Part shown: piece by piece, positions 31,563 to 42,589 of the stretch
Layout: every line of letters begins with the position of its first letter
How positions within the stretch are numbered: position 1 is the first letter of the stretch
Assembly: GCA_965261735.1 (NCBI GenBank)
Contig: OZ253470.1
Location: forward strand, 4,352,001 to 4,416,000
Direction: 5' to 3'
DNA length: 64,000 nt
Origin: Alphaproteobacteria bacterium
Lineage (GTDB): Bacteria; Pseudomonadota; Alphaproteobacteria; SHVV01
Notes under the pieces: model-generated
Told to the model about the DNA's origin: nothing
What the model saw: only the letters and a program-made list of their open reading frames with translations
Databases searched by the model: none
Made by a program: the position numbers and the translations under genes

Positions 31563-31856
31563 ATGGATATCGATGAAACCGGGCTCACCAAAGGTCTAAT
31601 GAGAAAATTGAACGCACTTCGGAAATCTGTTGGCGCCGACCTCGCCGAAGAGGTTTTCGCAAAGTGGTTGGAGCGCCAGGCTGCCTCGCAAGCCAAAGAA
31701 AACCCCGATCCCGTGGCGATGAAGATCGGAGAGGCTTTCGCGGGCTTTGTGAATGATCCGAAGTTCAATCTCGGCAATCATGGTTACACACTACGCCGCG
31801 CCAAAGGCAAGGGCGCGTCGGGCTTCATCGCATACAAGAATGAAAAGGCGAAATAA
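31563..31856 (+). CDS. Hypothetical basic protein
   Basis: 97-aa ATG ORF with GAGG upstream and protein-like composition. Confidence 0.6.
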   Translation: MDIDETGLTKGLMRKLNALRKSVGADLAEEVFAKWLERQAASQAKENPDPVAMKIGEAFAGFVNDPKFNLGNHGYTLRRAKGKGASGFIAYKNEKAK

Positions 31857-32294
31857 GCGCAGCCCTGTCTTCTATGCTCGACGGATCGGCTTGCTATTAT
31901 GTGTGGCATGAACGAACGAGGATCCAACGGGCGCCGCGAATTCGGGCCGTTAGCTGCTGTTGTGGCTGCTGGCGGGGGTCATCGCGACGTCTACATTCCG
32001 CTTCATGCCGCAGGCGACACCGTCGGAGATGTTCGGAATGTGGCTGCCGATGGCGTTGTCGCTCATCGTCGTAGCGGCTTGGCGCTGGCGTGCCGCCGGA
32101 ACGTGGTACACGGCGTAACGATCTGTTTTCCGGCCTTCGGGTTACCGATTTTGAGGGCAGGGCGACCATAGCTTTCAATGTAGGCGCGAATACCGTGACG
32201 TTCCTCAGAATTGTCGACGGAGGCCGTGATATAGAAGACGCTTCGATGAGTCATAAAGTGCATCACCACTATCGAACGGGTTGCCCGGTAATCA

Positions 32295-33416
32295 CTACCT
32301 CTCCGCCGCGTCGAGGTCCTGATCTATACTGTCTCCGATGCGGGCGGCGGATGCCTTGACGGTGTCGCGGGCAAGATGGGCGTATCGAGCGGTCGTCTGG
32401 ACCTGCGTGTGTCCCAGCAATTTGCCGATCATGGGCAAGCCCTCGCCGAGCGCCAACGCGCGGGAAGCGAACGAATGGCGGAGGTCGTGAATTCTCACCC
32501 CGTCGAGTCCGGCGCGGGCTCGGATACGCCGCCAGGGGTGCTGCAGGTCGGTGAGGTGCCAGCCCGGCTTGCGGCCCGCGATCACCCATGGATTGTCCTC
32601 GTCGCGGGGCAGGGAGGTCAGCAACCGTACGGCGGAGGGCGCAAGCGGGACCGCCCGCCCGCCGGTTTTGGTGTCGGGCAACCTCAGCTCGCCCGCGTCG
32701 AGATCGACATGGTCCCAGCGCAGCTTCTGGATCTCCGACAGCCGGCAGCCGGTCAGCATCAGGAGACGGATTGCGGCTACCGCCGAGCGGGTCTCCGATC
32801 CGTCCCCCAGAATCTCGTCGAGAACCTGGCCAAGCCGGGTGAACTCCTCCGCGCTCAGGAATCGTTCGCGCTTCTCCTCCTTGTAGCGCTTGACGTGCAG
32901 ACAGGGGTTTGAGCCGTCCGGACGCAGACCCCACAACTCGGCCAAGTTGAACATTTTTGAAAGCACCCCGAGGGTCCGGTTGGCCTGATAGGGAGTCTCC
33001 CGCATGCCATGGTGCAGTTCGGCGATGTCGCTCCGCTGAATCTCCGTCACCTTGCGGGTTCCGATCCTGGGGTCGATGAAGAACTTCACCGAACGCTGGT
33101 ACTCGTAGGCCGTGCTCGGCTTGCAATGGACTGGGACATACTCTTCCAGAAAGCGTTTGCCCAGAACCTTCATCGTTGCCGCCTTGCGGCCCTTGTCCCG
33201 AAGGGCGGCCGGATCTTTACCGCCCTTGGCCTCCGAGATCAGCGCCATGGCCCGCCGCCGTGCGGTCTCCGGCGTCACTGCCCCATGACGACCCAGGGTC
33301 ATGCGGCGCAGCCGACCGTTGGCGCGGAACTGGACCACGTAATACTTGCGTCCCGAGGCGCGGACACGCAGGCCGAAACCGGCGAGATCGCCGTCCCAGT
33401 AGAACTTGTCCGATCC
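32295..33416 (-). pseudogene. Tyrosine integrase (arm-binding type), native N-terminus lost
   Basis: WDGDLAGFGLRV arm domain; TGCRLSE, DTKTG, HDLRH, LLGH and ARYAH catalytic residues intact. Confidence 0.9.
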
Positions 33417-33990
33417 GTCGGGGCGTGCTCGCCTGATGTGTGCGACTTCGCTTGCAAGCTGCGCCTTCAGCGTGAGCTTGCCGCTCTCCGGCATGGGGCC
33501 GAGATAGAGGGTCTTCAGGCGCTTGCCCTCGGCGTCGTGGAAGGAGACCGTGCCGCAGGCAGCCTCGCGCCAGGAGGCCTTGGCGCGACCGTCCTCGCCG
33601 GGTCTCAGCGGCACCATGACGCCGTCGAGGGAGACCGAGGCGGTGGTCGCGTCCTGCGGTATGCCCTCGGCCTCACGGATGCTGCCCAGCGTCTCCGGGC
33701 CGAGGCTCTCCCAGCATTCGTGCATGCTCAGGGTCAGGCGCTGCAGGGTGCTCACCGACGGCGTCATGGCGCCGGTCTTCGCAAAGAACGCCGCCGCTTC
33801 CCGGGCCGTGCAGTGACCCATCATCAGCAGACCGAGCTCGGCCGCCGGCCGCGTCAGGTAATCGTCGACGAGGCCCTGGCTCTCGTCGACTGGCACCGGC
33901 GATGCCCCGCTCGCGCCGCTGCGGTAACGCGCTCGCCGGTAGGTCACCGGACCGAGCGAGGTCATGATCGTCTTCGCCGTCACCGCGACC
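33417..33990 (-). pseudogene. ISKra4/ISLre2-like transposase fragment fused in frame to the integrase
   Basis: TSLGPVTYRRARY, SLDGVMVPL, WREAACGTV. Confidence 0.7.
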
Positions 33991-34482
33991 CGGAACTCGC
34001 TTGCTTACGCACAGGTCAAAGAGAAATTTGTCGGCATGGTTGAAAACCATATCGATGAGTGTGGTGGGTTACCGCCGGAGATCGCCGGTGCGAGAGCGTT
34101 TGTCGATACACTCAAGTCGCATCCCGAGGCTTCCGTCGCCCTGGCAACCGGCGGCTGGAAGGAAACGGCGATGATGAAGCTTCAAGCGATCGGGATAGAC
34201 CCACAGGAACTGTGTCTAGCTTCAAGCTCCGATTCAGTCAGCCGGATTGAAATCATGAAGATCGCTGAACAGCGGGCCTTACTTGGAAGACCCGCGTCAC
34301 GAAGAACCTACTTTGGTGACGGACCCTGGGATAAGACGGCGTGTCAGGAGTTGGGGTACGAGTTCATCGTGATTGGAAGCGGGGTTGAGAATCCAACGCG
34401 GTATGCTGATTTCAGAGACGCTGAAAGAATTCAGGCAGAACTGAGATTGAATACCACGGAACTGAGGACGCCTATTGACTGA
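33991..34482 (+). pseudogene. HAD-family hydrolase lacking the N-terminal DxD motif
   Basis: ALATGGW (motif II), YFGDGPWD (motif IV). Confidence 0.8.
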
Positions 34483-34892
34483 CATGCACATCAAGCCGAT
34501 TCACAGAGCCTCATGCCACTGCGGCGGCGGCAGCGCCATGGGGATCGTTGCGTTGGCCGGCGGCACCGCTACGGGCGTCATGGCCATCAGCGGCGGAAGC
34601 AGCAGAAGCGCGATACCGATCTAGTTCGGCACATCCAGCAGCGTCAGATGCACCGAGTTAGCTGTGCCTCCCCCCTCGCCACCCGGCGGGAGTCCGGGCG
34701 GTGAGGGGTTCAACGCAAGTGCTCGTCGTCGCGGATAGGATCCAGGAACCATCGTTGCCGTTGACCTACGGCAATCACACACTAACGAACAAACCTGACC
34801 ACTCAAATCGGAGGCGGTCATCTGTTCGCTCATAGAGATTTCGGCAAATTGGTCACCAGCCAGGTGCCGAAGAATTGTTCAAGAGAGAAACG

Positions 34893-35425
34893 ATGGCAGA
34901 ATTTAGGATAAATTCTGATCGCTTCGATTGGTTAATAAGACGCATCGAGAAGGGCGACTACATCGACGGTGAGAACCTTGCGGACGCCCTCCGAAACAAG
35001 GACAATCTCCCCTTTCCGAAAATCTTCTTGGACTACTTATGCCGATTCCTCGCCGGGGAAGTCAGGAGACGGAGAGGTCGGCCGAAAGTCCCCAACTCAA
35101 AAAGTCAACACCTCGGAGAGACCCACCGGCGCTACCTGGGGCACATCACGAAACGAATACAGTCGGGCGATTTTATCAGCGGCCCGGAGCTGGCCGACGT
35201 CTTGCGACGTGAAGACGCAGGCGAGATCCCGAATGTTCTTCTGGACTACCTCTGTAAGTTCCTCGCCGGGAATATCAAGCCGCCCCTGGGTCGACAGCCA
35301 CTGCCGCCAATCGACAAGCGTCAGCGCGATATGATCGTCAATGGTCTGTACAGGCGCTACACGGAGAACCTCATCAAGAGGAAAGCCCGTGAAGGTCATG
35401 CCGCCGGCTGGATCCACCTGCGCCT
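34893..35425 (+). CDS. Hypothetical protein with a tandem ~55-aa repeat; C-terminus replaced by an IS1380 scrap
   Basis: RIEKGDYIDGENLADALR...LDYLCRFLAG and RIQSGDFISGPELADVLR...LDYLCKFLAG. Confidence 0.65.
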
Positions 35426-35427
35426 GG

Positions 35428-35575
35428 CTGGGAGCAGCACATCAAGGAAGGCAAGAACGCGATTGTGTGGACCCGGCTGTCGTACATGAGGTTCCGCAAC
35501 AACGAGTCGACTGCAGCTTCATGCGCTGGTCTATAATCTCGCCAACTTCATGCGCACCCTGGCTCTGCCGGAGAA
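35428..35575 (+). pseudogene. IS1380 transposase scrap
   Basis: EQHIKEGKNAIVWTRLS...LQLHALVYNLANFMRTLALP. Confidence 0.8.
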
Positions 35576-35594
35576 TAAGGAGGAAGACTCGCAA

Positions 35595-35666
35595 GATGAA
35601 CGTTTGAACTCAGCCGCGTGCGAAAGACGTCGACCGTAGCACGTCGGCTGAAGCGAATGGTTGGTC
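35595..35666 (-). other. Integron attC-like recombination site
   Basis: GACCAAC...TCAGCCG(A)CGTGC-loop-GCACGCGGCTGA...GTTCATC; 72-bp hairpin with an unpaired base, 6 bp after the HNH stop. Confidence 0.75.
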
Positions 35667-35672
35667 GCCTGG

Positions 35673-36194
35673 TTACGCAATGTCGATCCCTGCGGCAAAC
35701 CTCTTGAGGAACTCAAGACCCGCATCAGTTACCCAGTAAGTAAACGTCATTGGAAAACTCTTCCGAAATCCATCGCTACCGATCACATCGAACTCCATGC
35801 CAGCGACATGTTTGTCCTCGAAGAAGCCATCCTTGACAGCGTTGGCGACGAGCAGATCGCCCGCAACGCCCAAGATAAAGACCCGTTCACCGGTCTTCGC
35901 GAGAACTTCGAAGATCCTGCGTTCAAACTCGCCGTAGCGGTTGTTCAAGATTCCAAGGTTGTGCTTGTACATCTTCACCGCAATTCGGTCGATCTCCTTC
36001 TTCTGATCGAACCGCATGTGGCAATTTGGACAAAGGGCGATCAGATTTTCGAACGAGTTGTCCTGGGATTCAGCCCAAGGCACGATATGAGCTATCTCCG
36101 TGGTGGTTGCTCTACACGTGGGTATGGCGCACCTGTGACCGGCTTCTACGAGGACGGCGCGTTTGACCTCAGCGGAAACAGCGTCTCGCTGCAT
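35673..36194 (-). CDS. HNH endonuclease (gene cassette)
   Basis: CAIPTC...EIAHIVPW...NLIALCPNCH; GAGG RBS. Confidence 0.9.
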   Translation of the reverse strand: MQRDAVSAEVKRAVLVEAGHRCAIPTCRATTTEIAHIVPWAESQDNSFENLIALCPNCHMRFDQKKEIDRIAVKMYKHNLGILNNRYGEFERRIFEVLAKTGERVFILGVAGDLLVANAVKDGFFEDKHVAGMEFDVIGSDGFRKSFPMTFTYWVTDAGLEFLKRFAAGIDIA

Positions 36195-36222
36195 TGCTAC
36201 CTCGTCGGCTCAGGCGGCTAAT

Positions 36223-36300
36223 ATATGACGTCGTCGTTGAGCGGCCGAGCAAATGAGCGAAGCCCGCTTGTGAAGGTCCGCTTCGATTGGCTTGCTATGC
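36223..36300 (-). other. Degenerate attC-like site
   Basis: GCATAGC...AGCGG(A)CC...GGCCGCT...GTCATAT; core AAC/GTT mutated to AGC/GTC; overlaps the upstream stop codon. Confidence 0.55.
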
Positions 36301-36570
36301 GTCATTGGCCTGCCTGTGAGCAACGTACTCTTGTATCTGCTGCTCGATCCATTCTTTGGTGATACCGAATGACTCCCAAGCTGTCATCCAGAGCGCATCC
36401 ATTCGCGTATCGACTAACCTGAGGTGTTCCAGGATTTCAATCAGTTCGTCGATCATTTCCCTTCTACCGGACGGAACCATGAGATCGATGTCGTGGATCA
36501 CGAAGAACCGATGAGCGAGATAGTTGCGCTGTTTCAATGCGATGGCGAGATCGGCCTCAAGGTCGCTCGA
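36295..36570 (-). pseudogene. HEPN-like protein C-terminal fragment
   Basis: LKQRNYLAHRFF contains an Rx4H motif in a helical context. Confidence 0.5.
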
Positions 36571-37080
36571 GGCGGGCCAAGCGGAAATTGTAGCTGACGG
36601 TTATCTCTTCGGAAACCTCATCCGTTTGGAATCTGTGTTGACATGATAAGCCAAGACTCTGTCCCTCACACTTACCTAACTGGTGGTGATTTAGGTGTGG
36701 TATTCTGTTCACCCGGTTATCGTATTGTCGTTCGTATACGCAGCACGGAAGGAAGACACCGGGCCGCTCGGGATGCTGGCTTGGTGGAGTCTATGATTCA
36801 TGTTGCCAGATTAAGCTTCAGAAATGAACGCAATTCTTACTTGCTAGACATCGCATGATCTCTCTGCGATCGAAGCAAATTATTTCTCGCTCCGTCACTG
36901 GCAGACACGAATTGCCTTAGCTGCGCCCGGATGCGCTGAGGTGCGATTTAGCGTCATGGGCTTTGTGCGGCTATCCAGGGACGAGGTGGAGATCGTCGTC
37001 GACCGCTCACCCATGCAGTCAATGGTCGGCGGCTGAACCCTCTACCGAACGGTCCGGGCGAACGTGTCATTGCCCGCAAC

Positions 37081-39336
37081 CTCGCCTATCCGGTTTACAC
37101 CCACACCCACTAGGGCTAGTGGATTGATTCCAACGTTTGGAACCCTCTGTTTCGTGCGGCGATGATATGATCGGGGTCGGCTTTCCAGATGAAGGGTTTT
37201 GGGTTTGCGTCATTGTATTCGCGGACAAATCGGTTGATGGCGTCCTGAAGGTCGACGACGGATTGGAAGACGCCGTATTTGAGCCTGCGCCGCGTTAGTT
37301 TGGCGAAGAAGCCCTCGACGGCATTGAGCCACGAGCACGAGGTTGGCGTGAAGTGGAAGGTCCAGCGTGGATGGCGGGCGAGCCAGGCGCGGACCTTGTC
37401 CTTCTTGTGCGCGGCGTAGTTGTCGAGGATGACGTGGACGGCCTTGTCCGTCGGCACCTCGCGCTCGATGCGGTTGAGGAAGCGGATGAACTCCTGATGG
37501 CGGTGGCGCTGCATGTTCTGTGCGATGACCGTACCGTCCAGCACGTTGAGCGCGGCGAACAGCGTCGTCGTGCCATGCCGTTTGTAATCATAGGTCATCG
37601 TACCGGCGCGGCCCTTCTTCATCGGCAAGCCGGGTTGGGTGCGGTCGAGCGCCTGGATCTGTGATTTCTCATCAACCGACAGCACCACGGCATGGGCCGG
37701 CGGATCGACATACAAGCCGACGATATCTGTGAGCTTCTCGGCGAAGGCGGGATCATTGGAGAGCTTGAAGTGCCGCCAGCGGTGCGGGCTGAGGCCATGG
37801 GCCTTCCAGATCGCTTGGACCGTCGACGCCGCGACGCCAGCAACCTTCGCCATCGCGCGCAGCGTCCAGTGGGTCGCCTCGTGCGGCGGCGCTTGCTGGG
37901 TCAGGCGGACGATCTCGGCGACGCGCTCCGGCGGGATCGGCGCTTTGCCAGGCGGACGGGACCTGTCGCGAAGCAAGCCGTTGACACCCTCGTGCATGAA
38001 CCGCTCCTGCCAGCGCCAGACACAGGTCTTGGACTTGCCGGTCTCGGCCATGATCGACGAGTTCCCGAGCCCCTCGTCGCTCTTCAGGATGATCCGCGCC
38101 CGCCAGACATGTTTCTGCGAGCTCTTCGGGTCCGCGACGATAGCTTGCAATCGCTGACGGTCGCCAGACGTGACAGTAAAATAGATGCCGGTGCGCATAG
38201 CACAGACTCGCATGACACCGCACCATACGGAATCTCAAATCGGACTCTTTCGTTCCGATCAATCCACTAGAATGGGCGCAACCCGGATATAGGGGAGCGC
38301 GCCATGGATGTTCTCGACCGCGCCGATCTCCCATTCCCGCATTCGCTACCCGAGTTCCAGCGACTTTTCCCCGATGATGCGGCCTGCGCCGCCTACCTGG
38401 AGAAAGCCCGCTGGGGAGACGGCTTTGCCTGCCCGCACTGCGGCACGGCGGGAGAGCCGTTCCACTTTGAAAACCGCCCTGGCGTCCTGCGCTGCCGCAA
38501 GTGCCGCCAGAACACCGGGCTGACGGTGGGAACAGTGATGGAGCGTAGCCACACTCCGCTGAACGTCTGGTTCTGGGCCGCTTATCTGGTCGCCAGTCAG
38601 ACGCCCGGCATGTCCGCCGTGCAGTTTCAGCGGCAACTTGGTCTTTCGCGCTACGAGACGGCCTTTCAAATTCTCCACAAGCTCCGCTCGGGCATGGTGC
38701 GGCCCAACCAAGATAGGATCGGTGGACAGCCCAAGAACCATGTTGAGGTGGACGAAACCTGGGTTGGCGGGCGAACGCGTGGGGAAGGCCGTGGTGTTCA
38801 CCACAAGGTTCCCGTCTCCTGTGCCATCGAGGTGCGTCATCGAAAGCCGGGCACCAAGCTCGACAACCGGAAAGACGGACGCTATGCCGGACGCGTTCGG
38901 CTCGCCGTCGTGCTCGACCGTAGCGCCGAGTCGCTCTGTGGGTTCGTCGAGAGCACCGTCGCGCCGCGATCGCTGATCGTTACTGACGATTGGAGCGGCT
39001 ATGCTGGCCTCGGGAAGCGCGGCTATGAGCACTTCGCTGTTGCCGAGTGTGGTGATCCAGAGGTTGCCGAGCAATACCTGCCGATCATCCATCTGGTTTT
39101 CGCCAACTTGAAGACGTGGCTGATCGGTATCCACCACGGCGTTAGCCACCAGCACCTACAAGCCTACCTCAACGAGTTCACCTTCCGCTTCAACAGGCGG
39201 TTATACCCGTTCAACGCCTTCCGCTCATTGCTCGGCATCGCGGGCGACACCTCTGCTCCAACCTATGCCGAGCTTTACTCGGGAGAGTGGCGGCACCCTA
39301 CATGTAGCGGTCATCGGCGTTAACCGGATAGGCAAG
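37081..39336 (+). mobile_element. IS1595-family element copy 3 (transposase 38304..39323) with IS630 in its 5' UTR
   Basis: TIRs C(T/C)-variant CTCGCCTATCCGG and CCGGATAGGCAAG; 8-bp TSD CCCGCAAC. Confidence 0.95.
37119..38267 (-). mobile_element. IS630-family element (transposase 37116..38198)
   Basis: TIR GTGGATTGAT; TA duplication in a CTAG target; SVDEKSQIQA, ILDNYAAH, SWLNAVE. Confidence 0.95.
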
Positions 39337-39479
39337 CCCGCAACTACCAGGGCTGCCGGCCTGTATTCCTTACATAGCAGCCCCGGCGCCGGCCCACCAA
39401 CGCATTGATTTCGCTTGCCTTGTCGGTTGTAGTGATTCACTCGGAACCAAACCTGTTACTGAAACGGTAGCTGCAAGCT

Positions 39480-39719
39480 TCAGCCTTTGATGTTGCGTGG
39501 ATCATTCCCGTGCGAGTCAGATTGGCTGATCCGACCGTCGCGATTGTGAATCTTGAATTCTGTGCCGGCATTCCGGCTTATCTCCCGGCCACGGTCCACC
39601 GCCTCCTGTTTCGTGTCGAAGAGCCCACTGGCACGTTCGGCACCCCCGCGGCGGACATTCCAGCCCCCGCCGGGATTAGGCACGACGTGATGGGTCCCAG
39701 ATCCTTTGCGCTGTGCCAT
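39480..39719 (-). CDS. DUF2188-family protein
   Basis: HHVVPN..GGWNV...TKQEA...IHNRDGRI..SDSHGNDP; AGGAGG RBS. Confidence 0.9.
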   Translation of the reverse strand: MAQRKGSGTHHVVPNPGGGWNVRRGGAERASGLFDTKQEAVDRGREISRNAGTEFKIHNRDGRISQSDSHGNDPRNIKG

Positions 39720-39753
39720 ATCGGCCTCCTGCATCGTGTTTGCGATAGTCAAA

Positions 39754-39833
39754 GTTCGTGATCACGAACCGTCGGGCAAGTTAGGTGTTGCAGATATTGT
39801 CTGTCAAGGACTAAAAGTATCGTTATAGCGAAC
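39754..39833. promoter_or_regulatory. Divergent promoter region with palindromic operator
   Basis: Perfect GTTCGTGATCACGAAC at 39754..39769; related TATCGTTATAGCGAAC at 39818..39833; TTGACA on the minus strand at 39802..39807. Confidence 0.65.
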
Positions 39834-39858
39834 CTGGCGATGCAACTGGAGGTCATCC

Positions 39859-40182
39859 GTGCCAACGCCCCTGGGAGAGCGCGTGCGAGAGGTCAGACTG
39901 AAGCGTGGCTTGACCTTGGAAGCTCTGGCCGAGCAGGTCGGATCGAGCAAGAGCTACATGTGGGAGATCGAGAACAAGGCCGTCGCCCGCCCATCGGCCG
40001 AGAAGCTGCACCTGATCGCTGTCGCGCTCGACACGACCGCTGAGTATCTGCTCGCGGCGGATGAGGTGACCGAAGTTGAAGCAGCCGATGTCGCCTTCTT
40101 CCGCAAATATCAGAAGATGAAGCCCAAAGGTAAGGAGCAGCTTCGGGAGATGCTCAAGATATTGGATAACAAGAACGAATGA
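39859..40182 (+). CDS. XRE-family HTH regulator
   Basis: LGERVREVRLKRGLTLEALAEQVGSSKSYMWEIEN; GGAGG RBS. Confidence 0.92.
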   Translation: MPTPLGERVREVRLKRGLTLEALAEQVGSSKSYMWEIENKAVARPSAEKLHLIAVALDTTAEYLLAADEVTEVEAADVAFFRKYQKMKPKGKEQLREMLKILDNKNE

Positions 40183-41111
40183 GCCCAAGCGGAGAAAAAT
40201 CGCCCCAACGTGCGGCCAACGACTTGACGGTTCTCCTTCGCACCGTTCTGGGGGAAGACCGGTTCCCCGTGGATGTCGGAGCGCTGGCGCGAGAGGTGTC
40301 GCGCAATCACGAAGATCCGATCACCACGATCCAGGGCGTCGACATTGCCGGCTTCGAAGGCATGCTGCGTGCACGGCGAAGGAAACCCGGCTGGCAAATC
40401 CTCTACAGCACTCAGCCTCGCTATCGTGGACGCGAGCGTTTCACTCTTGCGCACGAATTTGGCCACTACATCCTGCACCGTCGCCGACTGACCGCTGACG
40501 ACTACAAGAACGGCGAACTCGCTGACGATCTCGATTTCGAATGCTTACCTTTGCAGGCCGACCGATGGAGAGCGCCCGAGAAGCAGCGTGAGGAGGAAGC
40601 TGACACGTTCGCCTCATATCTCCTCATGCCGAGCGATGACTATCGGAACCAGGCCGACGGCCACGAAATGACCCGTGACCTGCTCAACCACATCACCCAT
40701 CGCTACGGTGTCTCGCTCTTAGCTGCCGTCCGAAAGTGGATTGAGTTCACCGGCTCGCGGGCCGCGATGGTCGTAGCGCGCGATGGCTTCGCTCTGTGGG
40801 GCCGTGCAAGCGCTTCCGCATACAGGGGCGGTATATTCGTCCCATCGGGTATGGCGCTTCCAGAAGGATCGGTGGCAGCAATGCCGCCCACTTCACGGAA
40901 CGGGAAAGCCAATCGTCCAATTATTCTTCCCGCCGGCGTCTGGACCTTCAGCCGCGGCTCTGAACCGACACGGGAGCTGACCATCTTCTCCACACGGCTC
41001 GGCATTTCCGTCTCCGTACTCCAATTCGACGATGATGCCGGCGACGCTGTGCTCGAAGAGGAAGCCCCTTGGGACAGCTACGACCAGCTCACAACTTGGG
41101 AGCAACGATGA
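40179..41111 (+). CDS. ImmA/IrrE-family metallopeptidase
   Basis: RERFTLAHEFGH, EEEADTFASYLLMP, RYGVSL; ATGA overlap. Confidence 0.92.
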   Translation: MSPSGEKSPQRAANDLTVLLRTVLGEDRFPVDVGALAREVSRNHEDPITTIQGVDIAGFEGMLRARRRKPGWQILYSTQPRYRGRERFTLAHEFGHYILHRRRLTADDYKNGELADDLDFECLPLQADRWRAPEKQREEEADTFASYLLMPSDDYRNQADGHEMTRDLLNHITHRYGVSLLAAVRKWIEFTGSRAAMVVARDGFALWGRASASAYRGGIFVPSGMALPEGSVAAMPPTSRNGKANRPIILPAGVWTFSRGSEPTRELTIFSTRLGISVSVLQFDDDAGDAVLEEEAPWDSYDQLTTWEQR

Positions 41112-41480
41112 TCGACCGGCCATTTCAAATTGGCGCTGTTGGCGAGGTTCTGGAGAGGGCAAAGCAAGCTGCAATTGACTATTACCGCCTGACCGGAAAA
41201 CCACTTGGCATTACCGGCGAAGTCGGCGAATACACCGCTACCCGGCTGCTCGAGCTAACGCTCGCTGATGCAAGGGCTCCCGGATATGACGCGATCGACG
41301 CGCACGGTCGACGCTATCAGATCAAAACCCGAGCATTGTCGCAATCGGCGAGACAGCGCAGCCAGCGTGTGGGCTCGATCAGGCTCGACCACGAATGGGA
41401 CTCGGTTCTCCTCGTACTGTTGGACGAGAAACTTGAGCCACGTGAAATTTGGGAAGCCAATAGACAGTCCGCCGCTGAGG
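41108..41480 (+). pseudogene. Small PD-(D/E)XK-like nuclease (DUF6998-like), 3'-truncated by an IS
   Basis: GEVGE...APGYDA...RYQIKTR; ATGA overlap with the peptidase. Confidence 0.65.
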
Positions 41481-42569
41481 GGCTTTGGTGCATGGACCTG
41501 AGGATTAGTATATCTGGCTCCGCTTCCGTCTTTGAGAGTTTGTCATGCCTTTCAAGTTCCACGCATCGCGTCGCCACCATATCCCCAGAGCCAAGTACCG
41601 GGTCATGAACTGGCCGGATTATGACCGTGGTTTGGTTCGGCGCGGCGACATTCGTTTCTGGATTGATGAGAGCGCCCTGGAGCAATGGGACGCAGCCAAA
41701 CGGCGAACTCCTGGTGGCCAGCGGCGGTTTTCAGAGTTGGCGATTTCCACGACACTGATGCTGGGGATGGTCTTCAGACTGCCGCTGCGCCAGACGGAAG
41801 GCTTTGTGCGTTCCCTCGTGGACTTGATGGGGTGCGATTTGCAGGTGGCGGATCACACCACACTGTCGCGGCGGCGGCGAACGGTGGATGTCGTTGTGGA
41901 AACCAGCACGAACAAATGGCCTACGGATATCGTGCTGGATTCCACGGGCCTGAAATTCTTTGGCGCTGGCGAGTGGGCTCGCGCCAAGCACGGTGAAACG
42001 CGGCGCTCGTGGCGCAAGCTGCATATCTCGGTTGACCCGGCCAGCAGCGAGATCCGGACGCATGAACTGACCGGTGACGACACGGCCGATGCGACGATGG
42101 CGGGACCGCTGGTCGCCGGTTCCGGTGGGATGATCCGGCGCGTGTTTGCCGACGGCGCCTATGACGGGGAGCCCGTGACAAAAGCGATCCGAGAAGCTCG
42201 GCCACCGAATTCACCACCTGAAATCATCATCCCGCCACGCGCCACATCCATTCCTCCCCCGGACACGCCTCATGGCGGATCGGAACGGGAGCACCATGCG
42301 GCGGAGATCGCGTCGAAGGGAAGGATGAACTGGCAGAAACGACAGGGCTACGGATTGAGAGCGCTTGGCGAACCAGCCATGGCTCGCGTCAAGAGGCTCA
42401 ACGGCGGCAAGCTCAACGCTCGCACATTCCAATCCCAACAAACCGAAATCGCCATGCAGATCGACGCACTCAATCGCTCTATCCGTGCGGCGAAACCAAA
42501 CACAATCAGGATCCGCTAACCAACCGGGGAATGGGCGATCACACCATCGCGGCTCCATGCACCAAAGCC
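41481..42569 (+). mobile_element. IS5-family (IS903-like) element, transposase 41545..42519
   Basis: TIR GGCTTTGGTGCATGGA; NWPDYDRGLVRRG, LDSTGLK, WRKLH, ADGAYD; no TSD. Confidence 0.92.
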
Positions 42570-42589
42570 CTAGTGTCATAAAGCAGGAC

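Noticed and set aside
31874-32290. Small ORFs between the hypothetical gene and the integrase (also 36643..36858, 55770..56318)
   Set aside because: No recognisable motifs, RBS or consistent coding frame
32295-33416. Integron integrase serving the attC sites
   Set aside because: Has an arm-binding domain and lacks the IntI-specific insertion
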